Positions 1-10,010 of a stretch of 64,000 nt of DNA are shown piece by piece. The first letter of the stretch is position 1. The number at the start of each line of letters is the position of its first letter. The translations under genes and the position numbers were made by a program. Source of the DNA: Candidatus Marinacidobacterium sp. (GTDB lineage Bacteria; Acidobacteriota; Vicinamibacteria; Marinacidobacterales; Marinacidobacteraceae); NCBI GenBank assembly GCA_965220965.1, contig OZ244852.1, positions 2,048,001 through 2,112,000 of the forward strand, given 5' to 3'. The notes below the pieces were generated by a model that worked only from the letters and a program-made list of their open reading frames with translations, had not been told where the DNA came from and made no database searches.

Positions 1-1
1 C

Positions 2-1393
2 GCTCTGCTGGCCGTTGGGGCGCTGCCGCTGCTTCGCCGGTTCGGGGGCGACCTCCCCTTCGCCGAGGTCTGGACGACGAGCTGGGCGAGCGCCGGAGAG
101 GCGTTCCTGGTGGCCGTCCTCGCGGCCTCGCTGGCCGAGGCCGCTCCGTTGGTGGACACGCTGCGGACCCGGCGGCGCCTGATCGGATCGAGCCGTTTCG
201 GACGCGCGGGCGGAACGTGGGCGCTGCCGCCGTCGCTCCTGCTCGGGGTGGCGGCCTCCACGGTCATCGTCCTCCTGACGGCCGTCATCGGGGGCAGCGC
301 CCGGGACCTGCTGGCCGGCCGCGGCGGGTACGCCGATCGGGGGCTCGCTCAGGTCACGGTGGACTTCCAGGGGGACGCGCGCGGCGCCTCGCTCCCGCAC
401 GGCGAACGCGTCAGGCTGCTGGATGAGCTCGTCGAGCGAATCGAGGAGGTCCCCGAGGTCGAGTCCGCCGCTTACGCGAACTTCTTACCGGACGAGTACG
501 GGGGGACGCTGGTGTACCGGGCGAGCCGGAGCGGAGGGATCCCCGACCCGGAATCGGGTCGCTCCACCCGCGCCGTCAGCCCGGGACTCTTTCGCACGCT
601 CGGCATCCCGCTGCTGGCGGGACGGGACATCGACGCCTCGGACCAGGCCTCGACGGAGCGGGTCGCCGTTCTCGACGAGTCCTACGCGGCGGCGCTCGGG
701 CTTTCCGAGCCGGTCGGACAGCTCGCCAATCTGATCACCTCCGAGGCCCGGGTGGTCGGACTGGTCGCGAACACCCGGACCTTCCCGGATCGGTCGACCT
801 ACGCGGCGGCGTACGTACCCTTCGCGGTCCCGCCCCAACGCGCCCGCTACTTCAAGGCGGAGGTCGTAGCCCGCTTCCGGGAGACCCCGACGGCGGAGCA
901 GCTCGCCCTGCTCGGTCGGCTGCCCGGACAAATCGACCCGACGCTGCGGGCGACGCGGGTGGCGTCCGTCCGGGACCGCCGCATCCAGCAACTCGGCGCC
1001 CCGCTCCTCGCCGCCGCCGCGCTCGCGATCTTCGCGCTGGCGGGCGGGCTGCTGGCGGTCGTCGGCGGCGTCGGCCACATCGCCGACCTCCAGGCGCGGG
1101 AGGCGGGGCCCACTGCCCTGCGGATCGCCCTCGGCGCGGCCCCCACGCGGCTGGTGCGGGACGCGTCCGCCGCCGCGATCCTGGCGACGGCGATGGGCGT
1201 CGCGACCGGGAGCCTGCTGGGCTGGATCCTGGCCCGCGCCGTCGCGGCGCAGGTGGCCTGGGTGGCGGCCGACGACCTCCGCTTCTATCTGGTCCCGGCG
1301 GTCGGGCTGCTGTTGCTCATGGTGGGCGTGGCGCTCGTCGCCGGGCGGCGGACCCTTCCGAAGGAGCCCTGGGCGGCGCTGAAGACGCTGTAG
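2..1393 (+). CDS. ABC transporter permease, MacB/FtsX-like (5' truncated by window edge)
   Basis: Frame is open from position 2. TM segments flank a periplasmic loop with MacB-type motifs (VSPGLFRTLGIPLLAGRDI, VVGLVAN). C-terminal FtsX-like LRIALGA plus three TM helices. Confidence 0.8.
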   Translation, partial: ALLAVGALPLLRRFGGDLPFAEVWTTSWASAGEAFLVAVLAASLAEAAPLVDTLRTRRRLIGSSRFGRAGGTWALPPSLLLGVAASTVIVLLTAVIGGSARDLLAGRGGYADRGLAQVTVDFQGDARGASLPHGERVRLLDELVERIEEVPEVESAAYANFLPDEYGGTLVYRASRSGGIPDPESGRSTRAVSPGLFRTLGIPLLAGRDIDASDQASTERVAVLDESYAAALGLSEPVGQLANLITSEARVVGLVANTRTFPDRSTYAAAYVPFAVPPQRARYFKAEVVARFRETPTAEQLALLGRLPGQIDPTLRATRVASVRDRRIQQLGAPLLAAAALAIFALAGGLLAVVGGVGHIADLQAREAGPTALRIALGAAPTRLVRDASAAAILATAMGVATGSLLGWILARAVAAQVAWVAADDLRFYLVPAVGLLLLMVGVALVAGRRTLPKEPWAALKTL

Positions 1394-1396
1394 GCC

Positions 1397-3130
1397 CTAC
1401 CTCGGGATCTCGCGGCCGCCGATGAAGGTGCGCTCGACGCGGAGGTCGCGCAGGTCGTCGGGCGGCGTCGTCAGCGGGTTATCGCTGACGATGATGAAGT
1501 CGGCGAGCATTCCCTCGGCGATCGCGCCCTTGTCGGCTTCTTCGAACGTGAACCAGGCGGGCTCCCGGGTGTGCAGGCGGAGCGCCTCCTCGATGGAGAT
1601 CGCTTCTTCCGGGCCCTTGACCTCGTTGTCGTAGCCCCGGCGGGTCACGGCGGTCCAGACCGTGATCCAGGGGCCGTAGGGGGCGGAGTCGGATCCGTGC
1701 GAGACGCGGACGCCGGCGTCGAGGAGCGATTTCGTGGGGTTCTGGGTGGCTTCCCGGTCGGCGGTGAGCGCCTCCTCGGCGTAGGCGCCGAGCCCCACGG
1801 TGAACGAGGGCTGGCTCGCCACCCCGATCCCGTTCTCCGCCATCAGGCGGATCGTCTCGTCGGGCGGCCTGACGGCGACGTGGTGGATGTAGTGGCGGTG
1901 GTCGTCGCGGGGGAGCTCCCCGAGGATGCGGGCGATCTCCTCGGCGACCATCTTCGTCCCGCCGTCCCCCATGGCGTGGATGCCGAGCTGCCACCCGAGT
2001 TCGTGCGCCCGCCGCGCCACCGGATGGAACACATCGGCGGGGATCCGGATCGCCCCGAAGAAACCGGGACGGCCCTCGTAGGGCTCGAGCGACCAGAAGA
2101 CCGGCGCGCTGAGGCCGCCGTCCACGCTCATCTTGATCGCCCCGATCCGGAACCGGTCGTCGCCGTCGCCGGTGACCATGCCGAGCGCTTCGAGCGCCTC
2201 GATCTCGGTCTCGACGCCGATCTCGGGATCGTCGTAGGTGTCGTGGCCGGGGCTCAGCCGGACCTGCATCGTGGCCCTCGGCAGTTCGTCCCGGTAGCGC
2301 TCGTAGAGCTCCTGGACGGCGGCGATCCCGTTCGGGCGCACCCCGGCGATGTTCACGCTGGTGATCCCGACCGCGGCGAGCGTCTGGAGCGAGGCGCGCA
2401 TGTCCTGGATCCCGGCTTCGGGGTCCCGCGGCGGGCTGGGCGGCATGACCGCGTCCACGATCCGGCGGGCGGCCTCGAGGACGTGGCCGTTCGGCTCGCC
2501 GCTCTCGTCGCGGAAGATCCAGCCGCCTTCGGGATCCGGGGTGTCGCGAGTGATCCCGGCCAGTTCGAGCGCCTGCGAGTTCAGCAGGTAGGTGTGCGGG
2601 CCCCGGGTGAGCACAACCGGGTTGGCGGGCGCCGCCTCGTCGAGGAGCCAGCGATCGGGGACCTTGTGGTTCGGCCAGTCCATCCGGGTGAGCCCGCCGC
2701 GGATCCACTCGCCGGCGTCGCTGCGCTCGGCCTCGGCCGAGAGGGCGGCGAAGAGCTCCTCCGGCTCGGTCGCGGAAGCCGACCACTCCGGAAGCCCGGG
2801 CACGAGCCCGTCCCGCCACGGCTGGAGGGTGCGCCCGGGACCGAGGTGGATGTGGTTGTCGTTGAACCCGGGGAGCACCACGCCGCCCTCGAGGTCCACC
2901 TCCAGCTCGGCGCCGCCCGGGAAGGCGTCGCGGACCTCCGCCTCCGACCCGACCGCCGCGAATCGGCCTCCCACCACCGCGAACGACTCGACGACGCGGA
3001 AGTCGTCGTCCACGGTGACGACGACCGCGTTCCTGTAGATCGCGTCGGCGGCCGGTCCGGCGGGACCGCACCCGGCGGCGAGAGCGATCCCGAGGATCGC
3101 GGCGGCGAATCGGAGAGCTGGTTGGCGCAT
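1397..3130 (-). CDS. Metal-dependent amidohydrolase (Amidohydro_3/YtcJ-like), predicted lipoprotein
   Basis: PGFNDNHIH metal motif, IHAMGD, GSDSAP and GMLADFIIV. Start placed at ATG 3130 (MRQPALRF...ALAAGC lipobox), not at the longer ORF start. Confidence 0.85.
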   Translation of the reverse strand: MRQPALRFAAAILGIALAAGCGPAGPAADAIYRNAVVVTVDDDFRVVESFAVVGGRFAAVGSEAEVRDAFPGGAELEVDLEGGVVLPGFNDNHIHLGPGRTLQPWRDGLVPGLPEWSASATEPEELFAALSAEAERSDAGEWIRGGLTRMDWPNHKVPDRWLLDEAAPANPVVLTRGPHTYLLNSQALELAGITRDTPDPEGGWIFRDESGEPNGHVLEAARRIVDAVMPPSPPRDPEAGIQDMRASLQTLAAVGITSVNIAGVRPNGIAAVQELYERYRDELPRATMQVRLSPGHDTYDDPEIGVETEIEALEALGMVTGDGDDRFRIGAIKMSVDGGLSAPVFWSLEPYEGRPGFFGAIRIPADVFHPVARRAHELGWQLGIHAMGDGGTKMVAEEIARILGELPRDDHRHYIHHVAVRPPDETIRLMAENGIGVASQPSFTVGLGAYAEEALTADREATQNPTKSLLDAGVRVSHGSDSAPYGPWITVWTAVTRRGYDNEVKGPEEAISIEEALRLHTREPAWFTFEEADKGAIAEGMLADFIIVSDNPLTTPPDDLRDLRVERTFIGGREIPR

Positions 3131-3198
3131 GACGGGGTGACCACGGAGCCTACGCGAAGCGGTTTCCGGCGTCGGCGTCAGACCAGCCGGTTCGGCGA

Positions 3199-3930
3199 TC
3201 AGCCCGGAAGATCCACGATCGCGCCGGTCATGGCCGGGGGCGCCTCGGCGGCGAGCCAGGCGATGACGCGGGCGGCCTCGTCGGGGGTCGAGCGGGGCTT
3301 CGCGGTGGGCATGAGCGTCAGGTAGGACTCGGTGTCCACCGAGCCGGGGCAGGCGGCGAAGACCGAGACCCCCGCCGGCCGCAGCTCCTCGGCCGTCGCC
3401 CGCGTGAACCCGAGGACGCCCCACTTCGCCGCGCAGTAGGCGGCGAGCCGGGGGATCCCGATGCGGCCGCCCACCGCCGAGAGGTTCACGATCCGTCCGG
3501 CGCGGCGCGGAACCATGGTCCGAAGCGCCGCCTTCGAGCACTGGAAGACGCCCTTCAGGTTGACCGCCACGACCCGGTCGAACTCCGCTTCCGAGGTCTG
3601 GACCACCGGAGACCGGGACGCCGTCCCGGCGGCGTTCACCAGCGCGGCGACCGGGCCGAGGCGGCGCTCGGTCTCCTGGAAGAGCTCGCTGACCTGCGCC
3701 GGCTCGGTCACGTCGGTCGGGACGATGAACGCGGATCCCCCCAGCTCGCGGATCCGGTTCTCCACGGCGACGAGGCCCATGGGCCGGCGGGCGGCGAGCG
3801 CCACCGCGAAGCCGCGCTTCGCCAGCTCGACCGCGGTCGCGGCCCCGATGCCCTGGCTCGCTCCGGTGACGACCGCGACCCGCGGTTCTTCGCTGGCCGC
3901 GGCGGGCGGGCCGTCCGGGAGGTCGCTCAG
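3199..3930 (-). CDS. Short-chain dehydrogenase/reductase (SDR)
   Basis: VVTGASQGIG Rossmann motif, VNAAG, YCAAK catalytic motif. Start uncertain: CTG at 3930 overlapping the yjbQ stop, or the upstream start at 4002. Confidence 0.85.
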   Translation of the reverse strand: MSDLPDGPPAAASEEPRVAVVTGASQGIGAATAVELAKRGFAVALAARRPMGLVAVENRIRELGGSAFIVPTDVTEPAQVSELFQETERRLGPVAALVNAAGTASRSPVVQTSEAEFDRVVAVNLKGVFQCSKAALRTMVPRRAGRIVNLSAVGGRIGIPRLAAYCAAKWGVLGFTRATAEELRPAGVSVFAACPGSVDTESYLTLMPTAKPRSTPDEAARVIAWLAAEAPPAMTGAIVDLPG

Positions 3931-4460
3931 ACGCCGATCAGATGGGCCTTGACGGTCCGCTTCCGGGGGCCGTCCAGCTCGGCGAACAGGATGCTCTGCC
4001 ACTGGCCCATGTTCACTTCGCCGTCGGTGATCGGAACGGTCACGTTCTGGCCGAGCAGGGTCGCCCGGAGGTGGGCGGCGGCGTTCTTCCGCTCGCAGTC
4101 CGACGTGTCCTCGCAGTTGTGGAGGTAGCCCCCGTCCGGGTCCACCAGCCGGTCCAGGAACTCGGTCAGATCCGCCATCAGCGCGGCCTGGAACTCGTTC
4201 ATGAACAGCGCGGTCGTGGTGTGCACGGTGGACACCACCAGGAACCCGGCGCGGATGCCCGAACTCCGGACCTCTTCACGGATCCGGTCGCTCAGGTTGT
4301 GGAGCTCGACGCGGGAGCGCGTGACCAGCTTCAGGGTGCGGGACAGCACCTTCATCTGGCCGAACGCCGCCTCGGGAGCGGCTTCTTCCCGCTCTCCGGG
4401 TTCCGGCGCGGGGAGCGCCTCCGCGGCGGAGGCGGCCTTCACTGTGTTCTCGTTCTTCAC
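3927..4460 (-). CDS. yjbQ: YjbQ/UPF0047 family protein (secondary thiamine-phosphate synthase family)
   Basis: HTTTALFMNE, NAAAHLRATLLG and GQWQSILFAELDGPRKR are UPF0047 signatures. Confidence 0.88.
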   Translation of the reverse strand: MKNENTVKAASAAEALPAPEPGEREEAAPEAAFGQMKVLSRTLKLVTRSRVELHNLSDRIREEVRSSGIRAGFLVVSTVHTTTALFMNEFQAALMADLTEFLDRLVDPDGGYLHNCEDTSDCERKNAAAHLRATLLGQNVTVPITDGEVNMGQWQSILFAELDGPRKRTVKAHLIGV

Positions 4461-4598
4461 CGGTTCAACCTGGATCTCGCTGGTGAGCGCGGAAGCCGGA
4501 GCGCCCGTGGGCGCCGGCCTGCGAGACCCGATGGGCTACATTCCAAGCGGGTCGCAGTATATCGACCCGACCCCGGCTCCCGGGTCCGCGAGCGCCGC

Positions 4599-6089
4599 AT
4601 GCACGCACAATCATTCGCAGAAAACGACGGCTTCGTCCGTCGGGTTCGCTCCGCGCTCGGCGTGAATGATTTTCTGCTGCGGCCGGAGCACGTCCTCCCC
4701 TACGAGTGCGACGGGAGCACCGCCTATCGGAGCCCCCCGGAGGCGGTGGCGCTGCCCCGCACGACCGCGCAGGTGGCCGCCGTCGTGCGCGCCTGCCGCG
4801 AAGCGGAGGTCCCGTTCACCGCCCGGGGCGCGGGGACCGGTCTCTCGGGCGGCGCCACCGCTATCGAGGGCGGCGTCGTCATCTCGCTCGCCGCGATGAA
4901 CCGGGTTCTCGAGGTGGACCCCCTGGAGCGGACCGCGCGCTGCCAGACCGGCGTGGTGAACCTCGAGATCTCCCGCGCCGCCGCGCCCCACGGGCTCTTC
5001 TTCGCGCCGGACCCGTCGAGCCAGTCCGCCTGCACGCTGGGGGGCAACATCGCCGAGAACTCGGGCGGTCCCCACTGCTTCAAGCTGGGCGCCACCACCT
5101 CGCACATCGTGGCGGCGACCGTCGTCCTCGAGGACGGGAGCGTTGTCGAGCTCCGCGAGGACGATGTCGGCTCGGGGTACGACCTGCTCGGCCTGTTCAC
5201 GGGCTCCGAGGGAACCCTCGGGATCGCCACCGAAGCGGTCGTCCGGCTGCTGCCGCTCCCGGAGAAGGTGGAGACGCTGCTCGCGCCCTTTGCCGGCCTC
5301 GTGCCGGCGTGCGAGGCGGTTTCGGCGATCGTGGCGGCGGGGGTCGTGCCGGTCGCGATGGAGGCGCTCGACGCCGCGACGATCAAGGTCGTGGAGGAGG
5401 GCGTCGGGGCGGGCTACCCGGAGGACGCCGGAGCCGTGCTGCTGCTCGAGCTCGACGGCGCCGCCCCGGCGGTGGCCCGCCAGCGGGAGGAGGTCGAGCG
5501 GATCCTGCGGGCGGCGGGAGCGCTCGAGATCCGGAGCGCGAAGGACGACGCCGAGCGGGAGCTGCTCTGGCTGGGCCGGAAGCGGGCGTTCGGCGCCATG
5601 GGCCGCATCTCCACCGATCTCTACGTGCAGGACGGGGTGGTGCCCCGGTCGGCGCTCCCCGAAGCGATCGCCGAAGTGGAGCGCATCGGAAGGAAACACC
5701 GCATCCGGGTGGCCAACGTGTTCCACGCCGGAGACGGGAACCTCCATCCCTGCGTCGCCTACGACGGACGCGACCCCGACGAGCGGGACCGGGTCATGGC
5801 GGCGAGCCACGAGATGCTCGAGATGTGCGTCCGGCTGGGCGGGACGCTCTCCGGCGAGCACGGGGTGGGCATCGAGAAGCGGGACGCGCTGGGACTCCTG
5901 TTCACCGATGACGAACTCGAGGCGATGCGCCGGGTGCGCGAGGCCTGGAGCCGAAGCGGCCTGCTGAACCCCGGCAAGATCCTGCCGCTGCGGGGCGGCT
6001 GCTCGGAAGCCGCCGGCCCCGCCTCCGCCGCGCCGGGTCTGGCCCCCGCGCCGGGGCGAACCCCGGCCATTCCCGGCGCGTGGATCTAG
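4599..6089 (+). CDS. glcD: FAD-linked oxidase, glycolate oxidase subunit GlcD-like
   Basis: RGAGTGLSGG, FAPDPSSQSACTLGGNIAENSGGPH, FHAGDGNLHP, SGEHGVG, LNPGK. In-frame ATG at 4599. Confidence 0.9.
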   Translation: MHAQSFAENDGFVRRVRSALGVNDFLLRPEHVLPYECDGSTAYRSPPEAVALPRTTAQVAAVVRACREAEVPFTARGAGTGLSGGATAIEGGVVISLAAMNRVLEVDPLERTARCQTGVVNLEISRAAAPHGLFFAPDPSSQSACTLGGNIAENSGGPHCFKLGATTSHIVAATVVLEDGSVVELREDDVGSGYDLLGLFTGSEGTLGIATEAVVRLLPLPEKVETLLAPFAGLVPACEAVSAIVAAGVVPVAMEALDAATIKVVEEGVGAGYPEDAGAVLLLELDGAAPAVARQREEVERILRAAGALEIRSAKDDAERELLWLGRKRAFGAMGRISTDLYVQDGVVPRSALPEAIAEVERIGRKHRIRVANVFHAGDGNLHPCVAYDGRDPDERDRVMAASHEMLEMCVRLGGTLSGEHGVGIEKRDALGLLFTDDELEAMRRVREAWSRSGLLNPGKILPLRGGCSEAAGPASAAPGLAPAPGRTPAIPGAWI

Positions 6090-7342
6090 CGGCCCCGTTG
6101 ATGGCGGTGGGCGACGACCTCCTCCGGGACGGGTTCGACGGCGTCCCGGTCGAGCGGCCGGGCGACGAAGACGAGGTCGCGGCGGCGCTCCGGACCGCTT
6201 CGGAGGCCGGCGAGGCCGTCGTCCTCCGCGGCGGGGGGACCCGGATGGATCTGGGCCGGCCGCCCTCGCGGGTCGACCGGGTGGTGGATCTCGGCCGCCT
6301 CGAAGGGATCATCGAGCACCACGTCGGCGACCTCACCGTGGAAGCGTGGGCCGGGACCACGGTCGCGGCGCTGAACGCCGCGCTCGCTCCCAGCGGGCAG
6401 TTCGCGGCGCTCGACCCGCCGCTCCCGGAGCGGGCCACACTGGGAGGGGTCATCGCCGCCGGCGAGCCGGGGATCCGCACGGTTCCCGGGGCCCGGCCCC
6501 GGGACGTCGTGCTGGGGCTGACCGCAGTTCTCTCCGACGGGACGCGGATCCGGTCCGGGGGGCGGGTCGTCAAGAACGTGACCGGCTACGAACTGAACAA
6601 GCTGTTCACCGGCTCGCTCGGGACGCTGGGCGCGATCACTCGGGTCACGCTGCGCTTGCGGGCGATCCCCGAGGCCTCGCGCACCGAGGTGTTCCGGCTT
6701 CAGGTCGAGGACTCCGCGGATGCGTTCGCCGACCGGGTGCTGGCCGCGGTCGGCGCGGCGCCCGGTCCCGCCGCGGCGGCGGTCGTCCCTCCGGGGACGG
6801 GGTCTCCCGGGCTGCCGGAAGACGGCGGATTCCGGCTCGCGGTGCGGTTCGAGGGGCTGCGGGAAGAGGCCGAGGTCCCCTCCGACGGAGTGGCCGACGC
6901 CGTGGGCGCCGCGGGAGAGGTCCTGGAGGACGGCTCGGCGCGCGAGTTCTGGGACGGGGTGCGCGACGGCGTCCTCTCGGTTCCGCGATCCACCGCCGCC
7001 CTCGGGGTGTCGGTCCGCGGACCGGCGGCCGCCGTGCTGCGTACCGCGTGGCGGCTGGCGGCGACCGGGCCGGCGTTCGCCTTCCCGGACCAGCGGCGCG
7101 CGGTGGCGAGCGTTCCTCCCGACGCGTTCGAAGCGGCGCGCGACCGGATCGAACCCGGCGTCGCGCTCGCGGTGGAATCCGCCCCTGCCGGGTGGAAGTC
7201 CGGCGGCGAGGTGTTCTGGCCTCCACCCCCCGCCGCGCTGGAAGCCCTGAACGCCCGGCTCAAGCGCGCCCTCGACCCGCGGGGCGTCCTCGCCCCCGGC
7301 CGCCTCGCCGGCGCCGGGGCAACGATGGAGGCGGCCTCGTGA
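6080..7342 (+). CDS. glcE: Glycolate oxidase FAD-binding subunit GlcE-like
   Basis: GGRVVKNVTGYELNKLFTGSLGTLG, terminal LDPRGVLAPGR. Lies between glcD and glcF. Confidence 0.88.
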   Translation: MDLAAPLMAVGDDLLRDGFDGVPVERPGDEDEVAAALRTASEAGEAVVLRGGGTRMDLGRPPSRVDRVVDLGRLEGIIEHHVGDLTVEAWAGTTVAALNAALAPSGQFAALDPPLPERATLGGVIAAGEPGIRTVPGARPRDVVLGLTAVLSDGTRIRSGGRVVKNVTGYELNKLFTGSLGTLGAITRVTLRLRAIPEASRTEVFRLQVEDSADAFADRVLAAVGAAPGPAAAAVVPPGTGSPGLPEDGGFRLAVRFEGLREEAEVPSDGVADAVGAAGEVLEDGSAREFWDGVRDGVLSVPRSTAALGVSVRGPAAAVLRTAWRLAATGPAFAFPDQRRAVASVPPDAFEAARDRIEPGVALAVESAPAGWKSGGEVFWPPPPAALEALNARLKRALDPRGVLAPGRLAGAGATMEAAS

Positions 7343-8694
7343 AGGACAACCACCCGGGCGCGCCGCCGTCCGCCGGAAACGGGCCCGCTTCGGCCCCCGC
7401 CGCCGGGCCGGAGCTTCCGCTCCACGGCGAGCTGGGACGCCTCTACGAGAAGACGCTCGCCTGTGTCCACTGCGGGCTGTGCCTGCCCGCCTGCCCCGCC
7501 TACGGCGAAGCGCCCCGCGAGTCGCTCGCGCCCCGGGGACAGGTCTACATCGCCCGCGCCGTCCTCGAAGGGCGGCTGGAGGCGGCCCCCGGGATCGCCG
7601 ACGACCTCTACGAGTGCCTGGCGTGCCGGGGGTGCGAGACGGTCTGCCCGGCGGGCGTCGAGGTCGGGACGATCGTCGAAGGGGTGCGCGGTCTGCTCGA
7701 CGAGAAGCGGGTCGAGCCCCGGTGGACGCGCTTCGCGCGCCGGCTGGCGCTCGGGGGCGTGGTGGCGCGGCCTCGAATGCTCCGGGTTGCGATGGCGGCG
7801 ATGCGCCTCGGGACGCGGCCCGGCGTGCGCCGCCTGGTGCGCCCCCTCCTTCGCCGTCTCGCCCCGGGGCTGGCTTCCCGCGAGAAGCTGCTTCCGGAGG
7901 TCCCTCCGGCGGAGCGCCTCCCGCGCCGGTTCCCGGCCCGCGGCGCTGCGCGGCGCGGCAAGGCGTTCCTGTTCCTCGGGTGCGTGGCGCCGCACCTGCG
8001 GCCCGAGACGACCCGGGCGGCCGGTGAAGCGCTGGCGCGCAACGGCTGGGAGGTGGAAGTCCCTCCGGCGCAGCGCTGCTGCGGGGCGCTCCACCTCCAC
8101 GCCGGGCTCCGCGATCAGGCTCAGCGGCTGGCCCGGCGCAACCTGGAGGCCTTCCCCGAGGGCGGCCCGGTGGTGACCACCGCCGCCGGTTGCGGCGCCG
8201 CGCTCTCCGAGTACGGGGAGCTCCTGACCGGAGACGACGCCGCCCGGACCTTCGGCGCCCGGATCACCGATGTCTCGGCGCTCCTCGCCCGGGAGGGGTT
8301 CGAGCCGCCGACCGCCGCGCCCGCCGACCGGCCGCTGCGGGCGGTCTACGACGCGCCCTGCCATCTGTTCCACGCGCAGAAGGTGCGCGACGAGCCGCTC
8401 GAAGTGCTGCGGAGCCTGCCCGGCGTCGAGCTCGCGCCGTTCCGCGACCCCGAGCGTTGCTGCGGCTCGGCCGGGATCTACAGCGTGACCCGGCACGAGA
8501 CCTCGATGGCGGTGCTCGACCGGAAGATGGAGGCGATCAGCCCGGCGAAGCCCGACCTGATCGCCACCGGCAACATCGGCTGCCACCTGCAATTGCGCGC
8601 CGGCGCGGAGCGCGCCGGGCTGGCCGCGGAGGTCGCCCATCCGGTCGAATTGCTGGCGCGGGCCTATCGAAGATCGGACGCGAAATCCGGTTGA
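7339..8694 (+). CDS. glcF: Glycolate oxidase Fe-S subunit GlcF-like
   Basis: Two CxxCxxCxxxCP motifs (CVHCGLCLPACP, CLACRGCETVCP) and two CCG domains. GTG start overlaps the glcE stop (GTGA). Confidence 0.88.
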   Translation: MKDNHPGAPPSAGNGPASAPAAGPELPLHGELGRLYEKTLACVHCGLCLPACPAYGEAPRESLAPRGQVYIARAVLEGRLEAAPGIADDLYECLACRGCETVCPAGVEVGTIVEGVRGLLDEKRVEPRWTRFARRLALGGVVARPRMLRVAMAAMRLGTRPGVRRLVRPLLRRLAPGLASREKLLPEVPPAERLPRRFPARGAARRGKAFLFLGCVAPHLRPETTRAAGEALARNGWEVEVPPAQRCCGALHLHAGLRDQAQRLARRNLEAFPEGGPVVTTAAGCGAALSEYGELLTGDDAARTFGARITDVSALLAREGFEPPTAAPADRPLRAVYDAPCHLFHAQKVRDEPLEVLRSLPGVELAPFRDPERCCGSAGIYSVTRHETSMAVLDRKMEAISPAKPDLIATGNIGCHLQLRAGAERAGLAAEVAHPVELLARAYRRSDAKSG

Positions 8695-8742
8695 ACAAAC
8701 CGGACCCGCCGCGCATATGCTCGCGGGTCGCGCCCCCGACCG

Positions 8743-9972
8743 ATGTCCGATCCGGTACTGCCTCGCCTCGCGCTCCAGCGGGTCCAGCGAGCGCTCCGCA
8801 AAGCCCCGGTGGTTCTCCTCAGCGGGGCCCGCGCCACCGGCAAGACGACGCTCTGCCAGGAGCTGATCCGCGAGGCGCCGCGGCGCTACCTGACGCTCTC
8901 CGACGACCGCTTTCGGGACATCGCGCGGCGCGAGGAGCGGTCGCTGGCGAACGGGGACCCGCTGGTGCTCGAGGACCTCGAACGGGAGCCGCGTCTCCTG
9001 CGCGCGATCGCGCAGGGCGTGGGCCGGCGAGCCGCCCCGGGGCGCGTCCTGCTGACCTCCTCGGCGCATCTCGAGATGCTGCCGCGCATCCGCGAGCGGT
9101 TGCCGGGACGCGCGCAGTCGGTGCGGGTCTGGCCGCTCACCCGGCGGGAAGCGCGGGGAGGCGGGACCTGCGGCCGCTGGGGCCGGCTCGCGGAGGCGCC
9201 GGAACGCGAATGGATGGACGCGTTGACGGTCACGAACGGGAACGCGCAGAAGGCCGAGGACTGGAGGGCGCTCGCCCGCCTCGGCGGCTTCCCGGCCGCG
9301 CAGCGGCTCCGGCGCCCGCGCGACCGGAAACGCTGGTTCCAGGGCTACGTGAACGAGTTCCTCAGCGAGGACCTGCGCCGCCTGTCGGCGGCGAGTTCCA
9401 CCCCCAGCTTCCGGCGGCTGATGCGCGCGGCGGCGCTCCGGCTGGGCCGGGTGGTCAACCAGACCTCGCTGGGCCGCGCCGTCAAGACACCGCAGCCGAC
9501 GGTGCGGCGGCGGCTCGGCCTGCTGGAGGCGGCCGGCCTGCTGGTGAAGGTCCCGGCGTGGACCCGGCGCGGCGCGAAGCGCCTCACCAAGTCGCCGCGC
9601 CTCTACTGGTCGGACACCGGGCTGGCGATCCACCTCGCCGACGAAGCCCGGCTCGGTGAGCCGCACCTGCGCAACCTCCTGCTGATGGACCTGATGGCGT
9701 GGCGCGACGGGGCGGACGACGCCATCGAGGTGTTCCACTGGCGCACGACGACCGACGCCGAGGTCGACTTCGTCATCGAGACATCCAAGGGACTGATCCC
9801 GGTCGAGGTCACGACCGCGTCCTCTCCGACCCCGGAGAACATCACCCAGTTGCGCACGTTCCGGGGCGAGTGTCCCGACCAGGCGCGCGCCGGCCTCGCG
9901 CTGCACACCGGCGCCGAGACCGGGTGGGTCGCCGACGGCGTCCTCGGACTCCCCTGGTGGAGGATCCTCTGA
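8743..9972 (+). CDS. AAA_14 ATPase + DUF4143 domain protein
   Basis: LSGARATGKTTL P-loop, GGFP, KRLTKSPRLYWSDTGL and WRTTTDAEVDFVIE are typical of this family. Confidence 0.82.
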   Translation: MSDPVLPRLALQRVQRALRKAPVVLLSGARATGKTTLCQELIREAPRRYLTLSDDRFRDIARREERSLANGDPLVLEDLEREPRLLRAIAQGVGRRAAPGRVLLTSSAHLEMLPRIRERLPGRAQSVRVWPLTRREARGGGTCGRWGRLAEAPEREWMDALTVTNGNAQKAEDWRALARLGGFPAAQRLRRPRDRKRWFQGYVNEFLSEDLRRLSAASSTPSFRRLMRAAALRLGRVVNQTSLGRAVKTPQPTVRRRLGLLEAAGLLVKVPAWTRRGAKRLTKSPRLYWSDTGLAIHLADEARLGEPHLRNLLLMDLMAWRDGADDAIEVFHWRTTTDAEVDFVIETSKGLIPVEVTTASSPTPENITQLRTFRGECPDQARAGLALHTGAETGWVADGVLGLPWWRIL

Positions 9973-10010
9973 GGACGGCGACGGATCCCCGATGACCGCC
10001 TGACGGACTG

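Noticed and set aside
6700-9906. 1068-aa minus-strand ORF, and similar long overlapping ORFs such as 19349-22033, 24501-26939, 43844-45889 and 54345-56798
   Set aside because: They overlap well-supported genes on the opposite strand and are low-information translations expected from stop-codon scarcity.
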